Assembly: GCA_050253335.1 (NCBI GenBank)
Contig: JBFWJG010000018.1
Location: 1 to 40,080 of the forward strand
Source of the DNA: Deferribacterales bacterium
GTDB lineage: Bacteria; Chrysiogenota; Deferribacteres; Deferribacterales; Geovibrionaceae
Direction of reading: 5' to 3'
DNA length: 40,080 bases
Position numbers and translations under genes: made by a program. The notes beneath the pieces are model-generated. The model was not told where the DNA came from, did not search any database, and saw only the letters and a program-made list of their open reading frames with translations. How positions within the stretch are numbered: position 1 is the stretch's first letter; each line of letters starts with the position of its first letter. Positions 27,033-36,951 of the stretch are shown one piece after another.

Positions 27033-27539
27033 CTACAGACCGCCTTCCTGTATAACTGTTTTTCTTGTGATATATTTCAAGCTGTCTCTGTATCTCCAGC
27101 AGACAGTGGCAATTACTGTTCTTGTTCCCTCAAGCTCCACTCCAGCATCGGAAACTGTTTCGAAAAGCTTGTATACCACTTCGTAGTCTATGCTGCCTCC
27201 GCCCGCGGCGGACGCCTTTCTGAATACAAAAGTGCCTGTGCAGGCAGGGTCGTCCGGAACATCGTTGTCATCGGGGTCGCAGTAGGCGTTGAGGTTCTGG
27301 GTGTCCTCCAGATCCATATCGGGAAGCGAGGCAGGCTGATCCGTAAGATCGTCAAGCTCCGCGCTCCGCATCCCTTCAAAAATTCCCTGTATTGTCTCCT
27401 CCCCTTTCTGGCGGAGAAGCTCCTGAAGGTTTCGCTGCTGGACAATAATATACCCGTAGGCAAGCCCCAGCATAACAACCGCCATAACAACCACGGACAC
27501 AAGCATTTCCATTATGGTGAAGCCGCGTTTATCTGGCAT
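27033..27539 (-). CDS. PilV-like minor pilin
   Basis: 'KRG|FTIMEMLVSV'; start is ATG 27539 or 27557. Confidence 0.78.
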   Translation of the reverse strand: MPDKRGFTIMEMLVSVVVMAVVMLGLAYGYIIVQQRNLQELLRQKGEETIQGIFEGMRSAELDDLTDQPASLPDMDLEDTQNLNAYCDPDDNDVPDDPACTGTFVFRKASAAGGGSIDYEVVYKLFETVSDAGVELEGTRTVIATVCWRYRDSLKYITRKTVIQEGGL

Positions 27540-27972
27540 TGCAGTTTTCCCCGTCATATTTTCCCGCCTTGACCCTGTTGGCCTCGTAGAGAACACAGTC
27601 ATACTCGGCTTTCATGTTCTCCAGATCAGAGCGTATCATCCCCTGCGAAACGGTGAACCCGCCGCTGAAAGCTATATTGTCATCCGTGACGAACGGAGTT
27701 CTGACCGTAAGCGTAAAATTGTCGTAAACATCGCCGTCAGCATCAACCACGCTGATCTGCCTGCCGTTTACAACAACAGCCAGGTTTTCTTTTCTGGTGA
27801 ACGAATACTGCCTTGCGGTGTTGGTAAAAGAGAGAATCTGGCGCGTGTCGCTCTCCACATCGGCCTTGAGCATAAGGCTGCGGTAGCCTAAGGTGCCCAT
27901 GGTAAGCAGGATTCCCATTATCGCCGTCACAACAATAAGCTCTACCAGTGTAAGCCCTTTATTGTTCATCAT
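27529..27972 (-). CDS. FimT/FimU-like minor pilin
   Basis: 'NKG|LTLVELIVV', 'ARQYSFTRKE'; ATGA-coupled to pilY1. Confidence 0.8.
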   Translation of the reverse strand: MMNNKGLTLVELIVVTAIMGILLTMGTLGYRSLMLKADVESDTRQILSFTNTARQYSFTRKENLAVVVNGRQISVVDADGDVYDNFTLTVRTPFVTDDNIAFSGGFTVSQGMIRSDLENMKAEYDCVLYEANRVKAGKYDGENCNAR

Positions 27973-30900
27973 TTCTCAATCCAGAAAAGAAGTCTGCCTT
28001 TTCTTTCCCTTCCCTGTTCCGCCGCGGACTGAATATCGCCTATGATTGCGCCTTCCTTCCAGTCTGTGGTTTCAGTTTCAGGCGAGGGTATCTTTGTTAT
28101 GTCCCCCGGAGTTCTAGGAACCCAGACAGGGGGGACATCATCGGGATCGATTGCATACTGGCCGTCGCAGGAAAGCGCTATTGCCGAGCCGGAAGCGCAG
28201 TTCAGCCCCCACACCCTTGAACGGCCGCCGAATGAGCATATATCAGAGTTCGGTTCCGTGGTTCCGAAGAAAATCACATTGGCGTAGGAAATGGGCTCGG
28301 GATCGGAAAGAAGCCTCTCCATCAGGAAACTGCCGCTTTTCGCCTCAAGCTCCTTATACCATGAGAAGCTTCCGTTGCCGGAGAGAAGCTGAGAGCAGGC
28401 GTCCGCGCTGGAATGCGCGTTGTTCAGGTTGCAGTTGCCTCCGTCACAGTCGTCGATGCGCACTCCGTAGAGGTAGTTATGATCATTCGCATTAACCCCT
28501 GCCTCATCGGTTTTATAGAACCAGCGGCCTGTGCCGAAGTAAATGTATTTCATATCAAAGCATTTCATGTACTCAACCTTCTGGGTAACAGGCTTCTGCG
28601 CACTGTTGAACACATTGCCGAATTCCCAGTCGGCCGGGTTCTGGCTCGCAATTTTCACGCCCATTACATTGCCCGACCAGTTGGGGCTGGATGCGTTACC
28701 CGTCATCTGGTTGATGCCGAAGAACACCACATCCGTGTCCCCGTCGCCGCCGTAGTCAACCCCGTTGGTAAAAAGCTTGCCGCCGAACGCCTGACTGTAT
28801 GAGCTGAGGGCGGACACCTTGGTGTATCCTGTGCGGTTTGCGCCCGTAAACTTATGCACGGAGCTAATTCCGTAGGTTGACGGATTCAGGTTCAGAACAA
28901 AAATATTAAGATCCTGTCCGGCGAGCCCCGCATAGTTTGTGGGTCCCGAGATAAACATTATGTACCGGCTGCTGCCTTTCTTAATGAATGCAGGGCCTGA
29001 GAAACTGAATGCGAGGTAAGGATCGGTGAACTCCCAGAGGAGCACGGGGTTGCTCTGATCCGTTATATCCAGTGCGTAGTAGGAGGAGAGCCCGACACAG
29101 CTTGAGCTTGAGGCATCGGCGCAAGTATCCGCAGGGGGACGCACCGAGCCTGTTGCAGTTGATGCGCAGGAGCCGCCCAGCCTCATTCCGCCTATGAGTA
29201 TCCTCTTTTCCACATAGCCGTCATTATTGTCGTCAAGCTCAAGGATGTAGGGCGTAAGGTCGTTATAATAGATGTGGCAGTAATCCGGGTCAGCCAGATA
29301 GCGCAGATAGGGCAGTGCATTTTTTGGTATGAATGCCCACTCCTCACGTCCGACCTTGTCCGTTCCGCAGTCCATGGAGTCGTTGCAGAGCCTCACCGCC
29401 TGATATGAGGAAAGACCTGTGGTGAGCACCTTGCCCGCGCGGAAGGCATGGAGCATTCCGTCATTCGCGCCCACATATGTCATTGTGAAGCCCGGCTTGC
29501 CTGTTTTATTGGGATAGTCCACCATAACCGGGCTGGAGTTCAGTATGTCCCCCAGTTTATAAACGCTGCCGTCAAGCAGCATCCTTGAGCGGCATCCGTT
29601 ATAATCAGTGCCGAGGATATAGCTTATCAGGTTATCTGCCGTGCCTATGCAGGCAGGGAACGAAGCAGATGCTCCGAGCATGTCCTGAAAACCTGCTTTA
29701 TTGGCTATGTTAAAGGGAACAAGGCTTCCGTTCACGTTTGTATAAACCACCCTTGAGGCCGCAGAGGTTTGCGAAAGCTTGTCGCCACCCTCCCAGAGGT
29801 ACGCCACATCGTCAATGGAGATGTCCGTGTTCGAAGGTGCGTCTGTGTCCTTTGAACCCTGACAGTTGCCTGTGTAGCGGTCTATCTGGAGCGAGCCGGA
29901 ATCATCCACCCTGAACTCAAGTATCTTGTCGCCGCTGCTGCAGAGATCAAGACGGAGGTTTCCGTTGCTGTCCTCCATGATGTTCTGCGTCATTTTATGG
30001 GTAAAGAACCAGTAGGTGAAAAGCTGTCCCGCCCACTGAATCTTGTTTGTCTGTGTGGAATCGCCGAAGTCTTTCTCAGGATAGAAAAGCGCATGGTTGA
30101 TAAGCGTTCCCTTGTTTTTGCCCAGACCTATGGCGGGGGCTGTTCCTGATGCGGTCTTCTTTATGATGTCGGTAAAGACCTGCGCAAATTTCTGTTCAAG
30201 GAGCAGAGGGTTGGTGATGAAGTGGTAGCTGTCCGGCACTCCGTCGCCGTCCTCATCCCATTCGCTGTCGCTGCTGAGCACTCCGTCGTCATCCTTGTCC
30301 TTAAACCCGCCGTATTTCGCCGCGTACCAGAGAGGATCCTTCAGGAGGGACGCGTTTGTGCCCCCCGGGGAGAAAGTCTTAGACCAGCTCAGAGGCAGTC
30401 CGCTTATGGCTGCGCTGCCTGAACCGTCCGCAAGGTCGGATATGGGCAGATAAACGCCGTCCGCCGTGGTTCCGGTTATGATAAAGCCCATGGCCTGATT
30501 AATCCCGCCCGCGGCATATTCAGAGTTCAGACTGATGGTCACGGTTCCGTTTGCATTCACAACATAGTCGTATCTGGCTATGGCATCCATATCATGATCG
30601 GCGCCCTGCTCAACGTCCTCGAAGTTGATGCGGAAACGTCCGCTTGTTTCCGTGATTGTTTCCGCATAGAAGTCCACTATGCCGTTTGAGGGGCAGAAGC
30701 CCGTTCCGTTGAGTATAAGCCCGTAAGTGCCGTTGTTTATAGTATACCCGCAACTTATTCCGCTGCCCCCGACAGACTTGCCGAGGGGAACAAGCTTCAC
30801 TTCGCTGCCGTTCACACTGATCACAATTTCAGGCAGGGGAGAGGCAAGCGCCACAGCGTGGGTGTCGATATTTTTCAGATACCCCACAACAGAGTGAGTG

Positions 30901-33152
30901 TTTGAGGAGAACTGAGTTTTAGCATATGAGGCAAGCGCCGCAGTGTTGTATGTGCCTTTCTTTGTGGGTTCCTCAGGGCAGAGACCCAGCGCGCTTCCGA
31001 GGGTGCTGAGGCTCTTTGCGGAGCACATGAAGTCGTTAAGTGTGCCGTTGTTGCCGATGAAATAGCTTCCGCTCAGCCCTTCATTCTCGGAAATGTCTTC
31101 CAGAAGATCGCTCCTGTTGTAGTCCGTGAATGTGCCCGATGCGGGCACGCCGTCATCGTAGCTGGGGTTGACATCGCTCACCACTATGATATTCGGCTTG
31201 GAGCAGGAGGGGAAGTTGGCATAGGGATCCATCCATGAAGGCTTGGGCAGACTGAGCCCCCCGTCAGTTGAGCTTGAGTATGTGTAGGCGTTTGTGGCGC
31301 TTCCCGCACCGGACAAATATCTCAGCGTTTCCCAGTACATCTCGCCGATAGGGTTGCCCCAGGCCTTGCATTCGCCCTCCTCAACAGGTCCGTCAGTTAT
31401 CCAGCCGCAGTTGCTGTTGTATGAATCGCTGCCGTAGTCATAGTCATTTATTTTAAGCGTGCTCAGTGTTTTTATTATCCCGCCCCGTGTCGGGGTGGTG
31501 GTAACGAAAGTGCCGTCAGCGTTTATCTCTTCGGATATGGAAGTTATGTTTTTCCTCAGCACCCCGCCGGAGAGGTTTTTCTCGTATGAGCCTGTGATCA
31601 TGCCGAAGTACATCGGAGAGGATTTCACCAGAAATCCTTCGGAGGAGGTGCAGGATGTGTCTGTTTCGTTTGTTTTGGAGCAGATGTTCTCCCCGTTGCC
31701 GGTACCGTACCTCTGCAGAAGCCCTGTGGGCTTTTTGCTGCCCGAGCCGTAGTTATAGCAGTTGGTTTCCTCGCCTGCTGACGAATCGCACACTTTGACC
31801 CTTACATATCTTTTTTCATTGGGTGATACAACGCTGTCCGAGCAGACTGGGCGCTCTGTTGATGCCCATTCCCATTTGCGTTTGGTCTGGTTTCTGGCAA
31901 CTTTTATAAGGTGATCCTCGTTAACAGCGTCTGAAGTCATGCAGAAGAGGTGACGTTTGCTGACCACATTAACATCATCACCGTAGAAGGGTTCGCCCGT
32001 ATTGACAAAATCGGTTGTCTTGAGACTGCACACACCCTGAGTGCCCACAATGTCAGGAGCGTAAAAAACTATTGAATCCGCATCAAGGTTTGCTTTGGAA
32101 AAGGTTTTGTAGCTTGCGTCACCCGGCCTGCGGTATCTCACCCTTGCTCCATCTCCTCCTGTCTGTTCTCTAACACGGACTATCAGAGTATATTCGTTTC
32201 CGGCCGTAAGGCTTATGGAGCCGTTATTATTGTCATTGCCTGAATAGCCGTGGCACCCGTAATAGCTTGCCACTATTGTGTTGTTTATCTCAAGCTCGCC
32301 GCCGTCGTCAGAGTCAATGGAGAATGTCCATGTTCCGCCCTGACCTGCGGGAACTACAAACTTTGTCACAAACATGAGGTTTCCGCGCTCAACCTGATTA
32401 GTCTGAGCAGAGTCATTATAGCTCACGGATTCCACGTACTTATGAGTTTTATAGTCCTGAACGGAGAATGTTGACAGCATGTTGCTGTGGTTTGTTCCGC
32501 ATCCTTTGTCCGTTCCGTCCTCATATGTCACGAAAAGGATCTTTCCGTTAACATTCCAGTTCGCGGGAGCATCAGGCATATCGCATGAGAAGTTGGAGGG
32601 AGCGTCATAGGGAGTCAGATCCCTTGTGTCCGTTCCCCAGTATTCCTTGCCCCAGGAGTGGGCGTCACGGGGGATATATGTGCTGGCAAGAACCGTTTCG
32701 TTTGCTCCGTCCGTGCTTCTGTGACCGCCGTAAAGAACCTTGCGGAGAACGTCAATGCGGGACATGGTAAGCCAGTTCAGGAAGTTTCCGCTCCACTCAC
32801 CGGTTCCGCCGCAGTATTTGTCGGCTGTTGTGCGGGAAGGGTTGAAGCGTGCCGTGCCTGATGTGGTGTATGTGTAGCATTTGTATGAGTCAAAGTAGCC
32901 GTAATAGTCTATCTCATGTTTGTAGCCGATATCTATGACACCGTCCCCGTCAAGGTCTGTGGCATCGTTATAGGCTTCATAATAAAGCTTGTGATCGCGC
33001 CCCATAACAAACATCACAAGCGGGGAAGCCGTTGCGGAGATGAAGGGCGGGGTGCTGATGTTGTTGCCGCTTCCGCAGTAGTCAGTCATTACTGCCTGAG
33101 CGGGCTGAAATAATAAAAGGAGAGCAAGCAGAATAAAACCGGTTTTTTTCAT
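27969..33152 (-). CDS. pilY1: PilY1/PilC-type type IV pilus tip adhesin with PA14 insert
   Basis: Signal peptide, PilY1 beta-propeller motifs 'LGDILNSSP', 'YVGANDGMLHAF', 'EEWAFIP', 'YYALDITD..P.LLWEF', 'IYFGTGR'; clustered with minor pilins; start moved to ATG 33152. Confidence 0.93.
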   Translation of the reverse strand: MKKTGFILLALLLLFQPAQAVMTDYCGSGNNISTPPFISATASPLVMFVMGRDHKLYYEAYNDATDLDGDGVIDIGYKHEIDYYGYFDSYKCYTYTTSGTARFNPSRTTADKYCGGTGEWSGNFLNWLTMSRIDVLRKVLYGGHRSTDGANETVLASTYIPRDAHSWGKEYWGTDTRDLTPYDAPSNFSCDMPDAPANWNVNGKILFVTYEDGTDKGCGTNHSNMLSTFSVQDYKTHKYVESVSYNDSAQTNQVERGNLMFVTKFVVPAGQGGTWTFSIDSDDGGELEINNTIVASYYGCHGYSGNDNNNGSISLTAGNEYTLIVRVREQTGGDGARVRYRRPGDASYKTFSKANLDADSIVFYAPDIVGTQGVCSLKTTDFVNTGEPFYGDDVNVVSKRHLFCMTSDAVNEDHLIKVARNQTKRKWEWASTERPVCSDSVVSPNEKRYVRVKVCDSSAGEETNCYNYGSGSKKPTGLLQRYGTGNGENICSKTNETDTSCTSSEGFLVKSSPMYFGMITGSYEKNLSGGVLRKNITSISEEINADGTFVTTTPTRGGIIKTLSTLKINDYDYGSDSYNSNCGWITDGPVEEGECKAWGNPIGEMYWETLRYLSGAGSATNAYTYSSSTDGGLSLPKPSWMDPYANFPSCSKPNIIVVSDVNPSYDDGVPASGTFTDYNRSDLLEDISENEGLSGSYFIGNNGTLNDFMCSAKSLSTLGSALGLCPEEPTKKGTYNTAALASYAKTQFSSNTHSVVGYLKNIDTHAVALASPLPEIVISVNGSEVKLVPLGKSVGGSGISCGYTINNGTYGLILNGTGFCPSNGIVDFYAETITETSGRFRINFEDVEQGADHDMDAIARYDYVVNANGTVTISLNSEYAAGGINQAMGFIITGTTADGVYLPISDLADGSGSAAISGLPLSWSKTFSPGGTNASLLKDPLWYAAKYGGFKDKDDDGVLSSDSEWDEDGDGVPDSYHFITNPLLLEQKFAQVFTDIIKKTASGTAPAIGLGKNKGTLINHALFYPEKDFGDSTQTNKIQWAGQLFTYWFFTHKMTQNIMEDSNGNLRLDLCSSGDKILEFRVDDSGSLQIDRYTGNCQGSKDTDAPSNTDISIDDVAYLWEGGDKLSQTSAASRVVYTNVNGSLVPFNIANKAGFQDMLGASASFPACIGTADNLISYILGTDYNGCRSRMLLDGSVYKLGDILNSSPVMVDYPNKTGKPGFTMTYVGANDGMLHAFRAGKVLTTGLSSYQAVRLCNDSMDCGTDKVGREEWAFIPKNALPYLRYLADPDYCHIYYNDLTPYILELDDNNDGYVEKRILIGGMRLGGSCASTATGSVRPPADTCADASSSSCVGLSSYYALDITDQSNPVLLWEFTDPYLAFSFSGPAFIKKGSSRYIMFISGPTNYAGLAGQDLNIFVLNLNPSTYGISSVHKFTGANRTGYTKVSALSSYSQAFGGKLFTNGVDYGGDGDTDVVFFGINQMTGNASSPNWSGNVMGVKIASQNPADWEFGNVFNSAQKPVTQKVEYMKCFDMKYIYFGTGRWFYKTDEAGVNANDHNYLYGVRIDDCDGGNCNLNNAHSSADACSQLLSGNGSFSWYKELEAKSGSFLMERLLSDPEPISYANVIFFGTTEPNSDICSFGGRSRVWGLNCASGSAIALSCDGQYAIDPDDVPPVWVPRTPGDITKIPSPETETTDWKEGAIIGDIQSAAEQGRERKGRLLFWIEK

Positions 33153-33153
33153 G

Positions 33154-33444
33154 TCAGTCACCTTTTATAAGTATATGAACGGCATAGCTGCCGTATGCGG
33201 TAATTTCAACATCCGCCCCTCTGCGTATATCCCTGAGGGAGGAATATTCCTCGTAATAGGCGTTGTTTCTGCGGAACTGCCTGACCACTCTGAGCTCTCT
33301 GCCGTAGGAGAAAACTCTTTCCCCCACGCTTATGGAATCCTCGCTGTACCCTCTGAACTCACCGCTGAACAGCATGGGATTAGCAGCGTAAACACTGAGA
33401 GTGATAAAAAGAACGGCGAATGCCGCAATCAGGGATTTTTTCAT
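33154..33444 (-). CDS. Small secreted beta-rich protein, possibly PilY2-like
   Basis: Sec signal 'MKKSLIAAFAVLFITLSVYA', AGGAG RBS; stop lies 1 nt before the pilY1 start. Confidence 0.7.
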   Translation of the reverse strand: MKKSLIAAFAVLFITLSVYAANPMLFSGEFRGYSEDSISVGERVFSYGRELRVVRQFRRNNAYYEEYSSLRDIRRGADVEITAYGSYAVHILIKGD

Positions 33445-33627
33445 AAAAACTCCTGCGGAAACTGCACGGAAAGAGTTCTTCCGTTATTAATTATATTTCA
33501 CTGCTTAACGGTTTTCCACCGAAATAAAGGCAGATACGGATCTGCTGTAATATAATCAGCAGTTTTAAACAAAAAAGAAAGGGAAACCGCACAAGCTGTA
33601 CAAATTTCTGAAAATACAGGATTAATC

Positions 33628-34914
33628 TCAGCCGAAAAGGAATGAGTATGCGGCAGGTATAAAAGCGGTTTCTCCGGGCTTGAGCATGGGGATCATATCA
33701 GACGGGGAGTGAAGCTTTCTAAAACCCATCCGCGCGCATTCCGCTTCGCTGAAACTGCTGTGCAGATGCACATTGAAGCGTTCGGTGAGGGTTCTGAGGT
33801 TGTATGCCGTCTGGCGGTTTATCTGGTAGTCCGCAAGCAGGCTTTCAAGCATGGCCTTTGAGGAAGCAAGGTCGAAAAAATCGCGGAAGAATGAGTTTCC
33901 GTAACTGTCCGCGCATTCGGCGAAAAAGAATATATCCGCACCTTCCTCGGCGACAGGAGCAGCTCTGTCCAGCGATTTCTGAGCCTGAACCATGTTTATG
34001 TCCTTGGGGAAGCCCCCGCAGGAAACTATGAGCGAGCGGTATTTTCCGGGCGGAGTAATGCGGAATTTGGAGTCAAGCACCTCACAGGCCTTGTGATGCG
34101 CCATGAAGAGATCGCCGCACACCATATCAAGAAGCCTTCCCTCCTCGTCCAGAACAGTGTTGACAGAGAAGAAGTTACGCCCCGAACGGCTTATCATCAG
34201 CGCGTCCACTATATCGCGGTGGACGGGGTTGTGGTTAAGCTCACCGGCCTTTGCCAGCGGGTGTCTTCTGCCGCCGGAAGCGTCCAGAGCAAGCATGTGA
34301 TTGCGCAGTATGGATTTTTTTGCGGCTATTCCGGGGAAGATAAGTTTGCGCCCGCCGCCGTAACCCGCGAAATAATGGTGACTTACGGAGCCTATCGGAA
34401 CTATTAAGTCATGTTCAAGATATATTTTATTGATAAAAACGGGTGTTTTTGATTTTGTAATTCCGTAGAAGGCGTGGGCGGTCAGGTCTTCGCAGTCATG
34501 ATCGAAAAGCCTGTCCTTATACTTTGAATAGACTGAGTCGCCGAGGATTTTCTTTTTCTCGTCATCAGTTACGGGTCTGTGGGTTCCGACTGCAAAAATT
34601 ATGCTGACAGTTTTTCCGTGTTTCTCCGCTTCTGCGAGCATGGACGGGAAAAACCGCTCCAGCCCGCTCTTGCGGGTTATGTCCGGCAGAATAAAGAGGA
34701 TTTTTTCCGATTTCTCAACGCACTCTGAATAGCTTTCGGAATAGACGCACTCATCCATTGCCCTTTTGATCCCTTCATCATCAAGGGGTGCATGGCCTCC
34801 GGAACCGCCGAGAATATCAACGGGAAAACCGGTGTGCACATCAAAGGCTTCCTGCCCGCAGGCAATATTCAGCCTATCCGCCGATTTTGGACATTGTGCG
34901 TTTGAATCTTTCAT
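33628..34914 (-). CDS. Nickel-pincer-dependent lactate racemase (LarA) family protein; start uncertain
   Basis: 'PDITR', 'GTHRP', 'HYFAGYGGGRKLIFPG', 'NH', 'GGFPKDINMVQAQK'. Confidence 0.87.
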   Translation of the reverse strand: MKDSNAQCPKSADRLNIACGQEAFDVHTGFPVDILGGSGGHAPLDDEGIKRAMDECVYSESYSECVEKSEKILFILPDITRKSGLERFFPSMLAEAEKHGKTVSIIFAVGTHRPVTDDEKKKILGDSVYSKYKDRLFDHDCEDLTAHAFYGITKSKTPVFINKIYLEHDLIVPIGSVSHHYFAGYGGGRKLIFPGIAAKKSILRNHMLALDASGGRRHPLAKAGELNHNPVHRDIVDALMISRSGRNFFSVNTVLDEEGRLLDMVCGDLFMAHHKACEVLDSKFRITPPGKYRSLIVSCGGFPKDINMVQAQKSLDRAAPVAEEGADIFFFAECADSYGNSFFRDFFDLASSKAMLESLLADYQINRQTAYNLRTLTERFNVHLHSSFSEAECARMGFRKLHSPSDMIPMLKPGETAFIPAAYSFLFG

Positions 34915-35863
34915 TTCTGTTATCCGTAACTATGTGGTGTTCCTCGTCCTTTTTGCCAAGTGCATCCATAATGGCCGCTCTCAGGGCGTCCTTGTCCCTG
35001 CTTTTAACTGCCTGAGTGATGTCGGTTTCCTGATCCGTTAAAAGACAGGGGCGTATTTTACCGTCCGCCGTGAGCCTCAGTTTGTCGCACTCGGAGCAGA
35101 AATGGTTGGAAATGGGGGTGATGATCCCGATCACGGCTCCGTTGGATAGTTTGTAATTCTTTGCGGGTCCGGCGTTTCTGTCTTTTTCCAGAGGAGTCAC
35201 CCTGTATCTTCTGCTTATGAGATCCAGAATCTCAGCGCCGTACATTATGTTCTCTTTTTTCCATTCGCAGGAATTGCCTATGGGCATGAACTCTATGAAC
35301 CTGACCACAACGTCCGCTCTGGCGGCGAATTCGCAGAAGTCGTATATCTCGCTGTCGTTAAAGCCGCGTATAAGCACGCTGTTGGTTTTCACAGGGCGCA
35401 GACCCGACTTCTTGGCGAGGAAGATGCTTTCCAAAAGCCTCTGGATATCAAATCCTCCGGTGATCTCCCTGTATTTATCCGCTTTGAGGGAGTCAAGACT
35501 CACGTTTATCCTCTTCACGCCGGAAGCGGCTATCTCTTCCGCATATTTGCCGAGAAGCGCCCCGTTGGTGGTGAGGGTGACTTCGTCGACTCCTTCGATT
35601 TTGTGAAGCTCGCGCAGAAAATCGGTCACACCTCTGCGCACCAGAGGCTCGCCTCCGGTAACGCGGATCTTGTGCACACCGAGGGAGGCGAAAACCTCCG
35701 TGGCAAAAAGCATATCCTCGAAACGCAGAATGCTTGAATGCTCCAGATGCTTAAACTCATCGCTGGGCATACAGTATTTGCATCTGAAGTTGCACCTGTC
35801 GGTCACGGAGATACGCAGATAGCGTATCTCTCTTCCGAAGCGGTCTTTAACAGTTTTATTCAT
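34874..35863 (-). CDS. moaA: GTP 3',8-cyclase
   Basis: 'LRISVTDRCNFRCKYCMP', 'FCSECDKLRLTADGKIRPCL', C-terminal 'MSKIGG'. Confidence 0.97.
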   Translation of the reverse strand: MNKTVKDRFGREIRYLRISVTDRCNFRCKYCMPSDEFKHLEHSSILRFEDMLFATEVFASLGVHKIRVTGGEPLVRRGVTDFLRELHKIEGVDEVTLTTNGALLGKYAEEIAASGVKRINVSLDSLKADKYREITGGFDIQRLLESIFLAKKSGLRPVKTNSVLIRGFNDSEIYDFCEFAARADVVVRFIEFMPIGNSCEWKKENIMYGAEILDLISRRYRVTPLEKDRNAGPAKNYKLSNGAVIGIITPISNHFCSECDKLRLTADGKIRPCLLTDQETDITQAVKSRDKDALRAAIMDALGKKDEEHHIVTDNRNERFKRTMSKIGG

Positions 35864-36623
35864 ATATCTCGTCTTCCGTTATCTCTCTTTTACGGCCGAA
35901 AATGACCGCTATGAATATACTCAGCTCATAAAGCAGAAGCAGAGGCCCCGCCATCATAAGCTGCGAGAAAACATCCGGAGGGGTCATAACCGCCGCCACG
36001 ATGAAAATTCCCAGAATTGAATATCTTCTGTATTTGCGCATCATCTCCGCGGTGACAATCCCCATCTTCGCGAGGAAGAAGGTGAAAACCGGCAGCTCGA
36101 AAACTATTCCGAAGCCAAGCACCATCTTGGTGACAAAGCTCAGATACCACTCTATGGAAAGGTTCGCTATCACGTAACCCTGCGCGTATTTAAGGAAAAA
36201 CGCGAACCCGAAGGGGAACACGAAGTAATAGGCAAAGCCCGCACCGAGGAAAAAAAGCAGCGAAGCACTTACAACGAAGCCCAGAACATACTTTTTCTCA
36301 TGAACATAAAGCCCGGGCGCTATGAACTTCCATATATGAAAAAAGATAAACGGCATACTGAAAAACAGGGCAGCCATGAAACAGAGCTTGAGCTCCATAA
36401 AGAAGCCTTCGGTGATTTTCAGCATTGCCATGCTTGATTTCTCGGGCATGATCTCCACGAGGGGCTTTGTTATGAAATCCATGAAAAACTGGCTCTGCCA
36501 GTAGCAGACGGAGAAAACCGCCACGACTATCACAAGTATGTATAAAACTCTTTTGCGAAGTTCCTCAAGATGCTCAATCAGCGGAATCTGGGATTCCACA
36601 CCCTGATTTTTGTCCTTAGCCAT
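35856..36623 (-). CDS. tatC: Twin-arginine translocase subunit TatC
   Basis: 'EHLEELRKR', 'WKFIAPGLY..EK', 'FELP', 'TPPD'. Confidence 0.97.
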   Translation of the reverse strand: MAKDKNQGVESQIPLIEHLEELRKRVLYILVIVVAVFSVCYWQSQFFMDFITKPLVEIMPEKSSMAMLKITEGFFMELKLCFMAALFFSMPFIFFHIWKFIAPGLYVHEKKYVLGFVVSASLLFFLGAGFAYYFVFPFGFAFFLKYAQGYVIANLSIEWYLSFVTKMVLGFGIVFELPVFTFFLAKMGIVTAEMMRKYRRYSILGIFIVAAVMTPPDVFSQLMMAGPLLLLYELSIFIAVIFGRKREITEDEIYE

Positions 36624-36951
36624 TTGTTTCCTTCCCTTTCACGTCAGCAGCGTCAGATGCTTCCTGCTTTGCGGTCTGAGCCGTTCCCGCCTCTGCGGGC
36701 GATTCGGCGTTATTCTCAGCGCTCTGCTTTTTCTTTTCCCAGTGATCCCTGTAAGCGTCTTTCACCGTTTTATTGGGGGCGGCATCGAGATCATCTATAT
36801 TTACTGCGGATTTAAGATCGTTCAGAGAGCGCTTGAACTGAGCGTATCCTTTCCCCAGTGTTTTCGCCAGTTCAGGCAGTTTGCCCGGCCCGACAACCAA
36901 AAGAGCTATTACAAGAATCAAAAAAACTTCAGACATACCGAATCCAAACAT
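36616..36951 (-). CDS. tatB: Twin-arginine translocase subunit TatB
   Basis: 'MFGFGMSEVFLILVIALLVVGPGKLP' (Glu8, GPxKLP); GAGGTG RBS before ATG 36951. Confidence 0.88.
   Translation of the reverse strand: MFGFGMSEVFLILVIALLVVGPGKLPELAKTLGKGYAQFKRSLNDLKSAVNIDDLDAAPNKTVKDAYRDHWEKKKQSAENNAESPAEAGTAQTAKQEASDAADVKGKETNG

Noticed and set aside
33502..33518. Sigma-54 promoter for the pilus cluster
   Set aside because: GG to GC spacing is 11 nt rather than the required 10.
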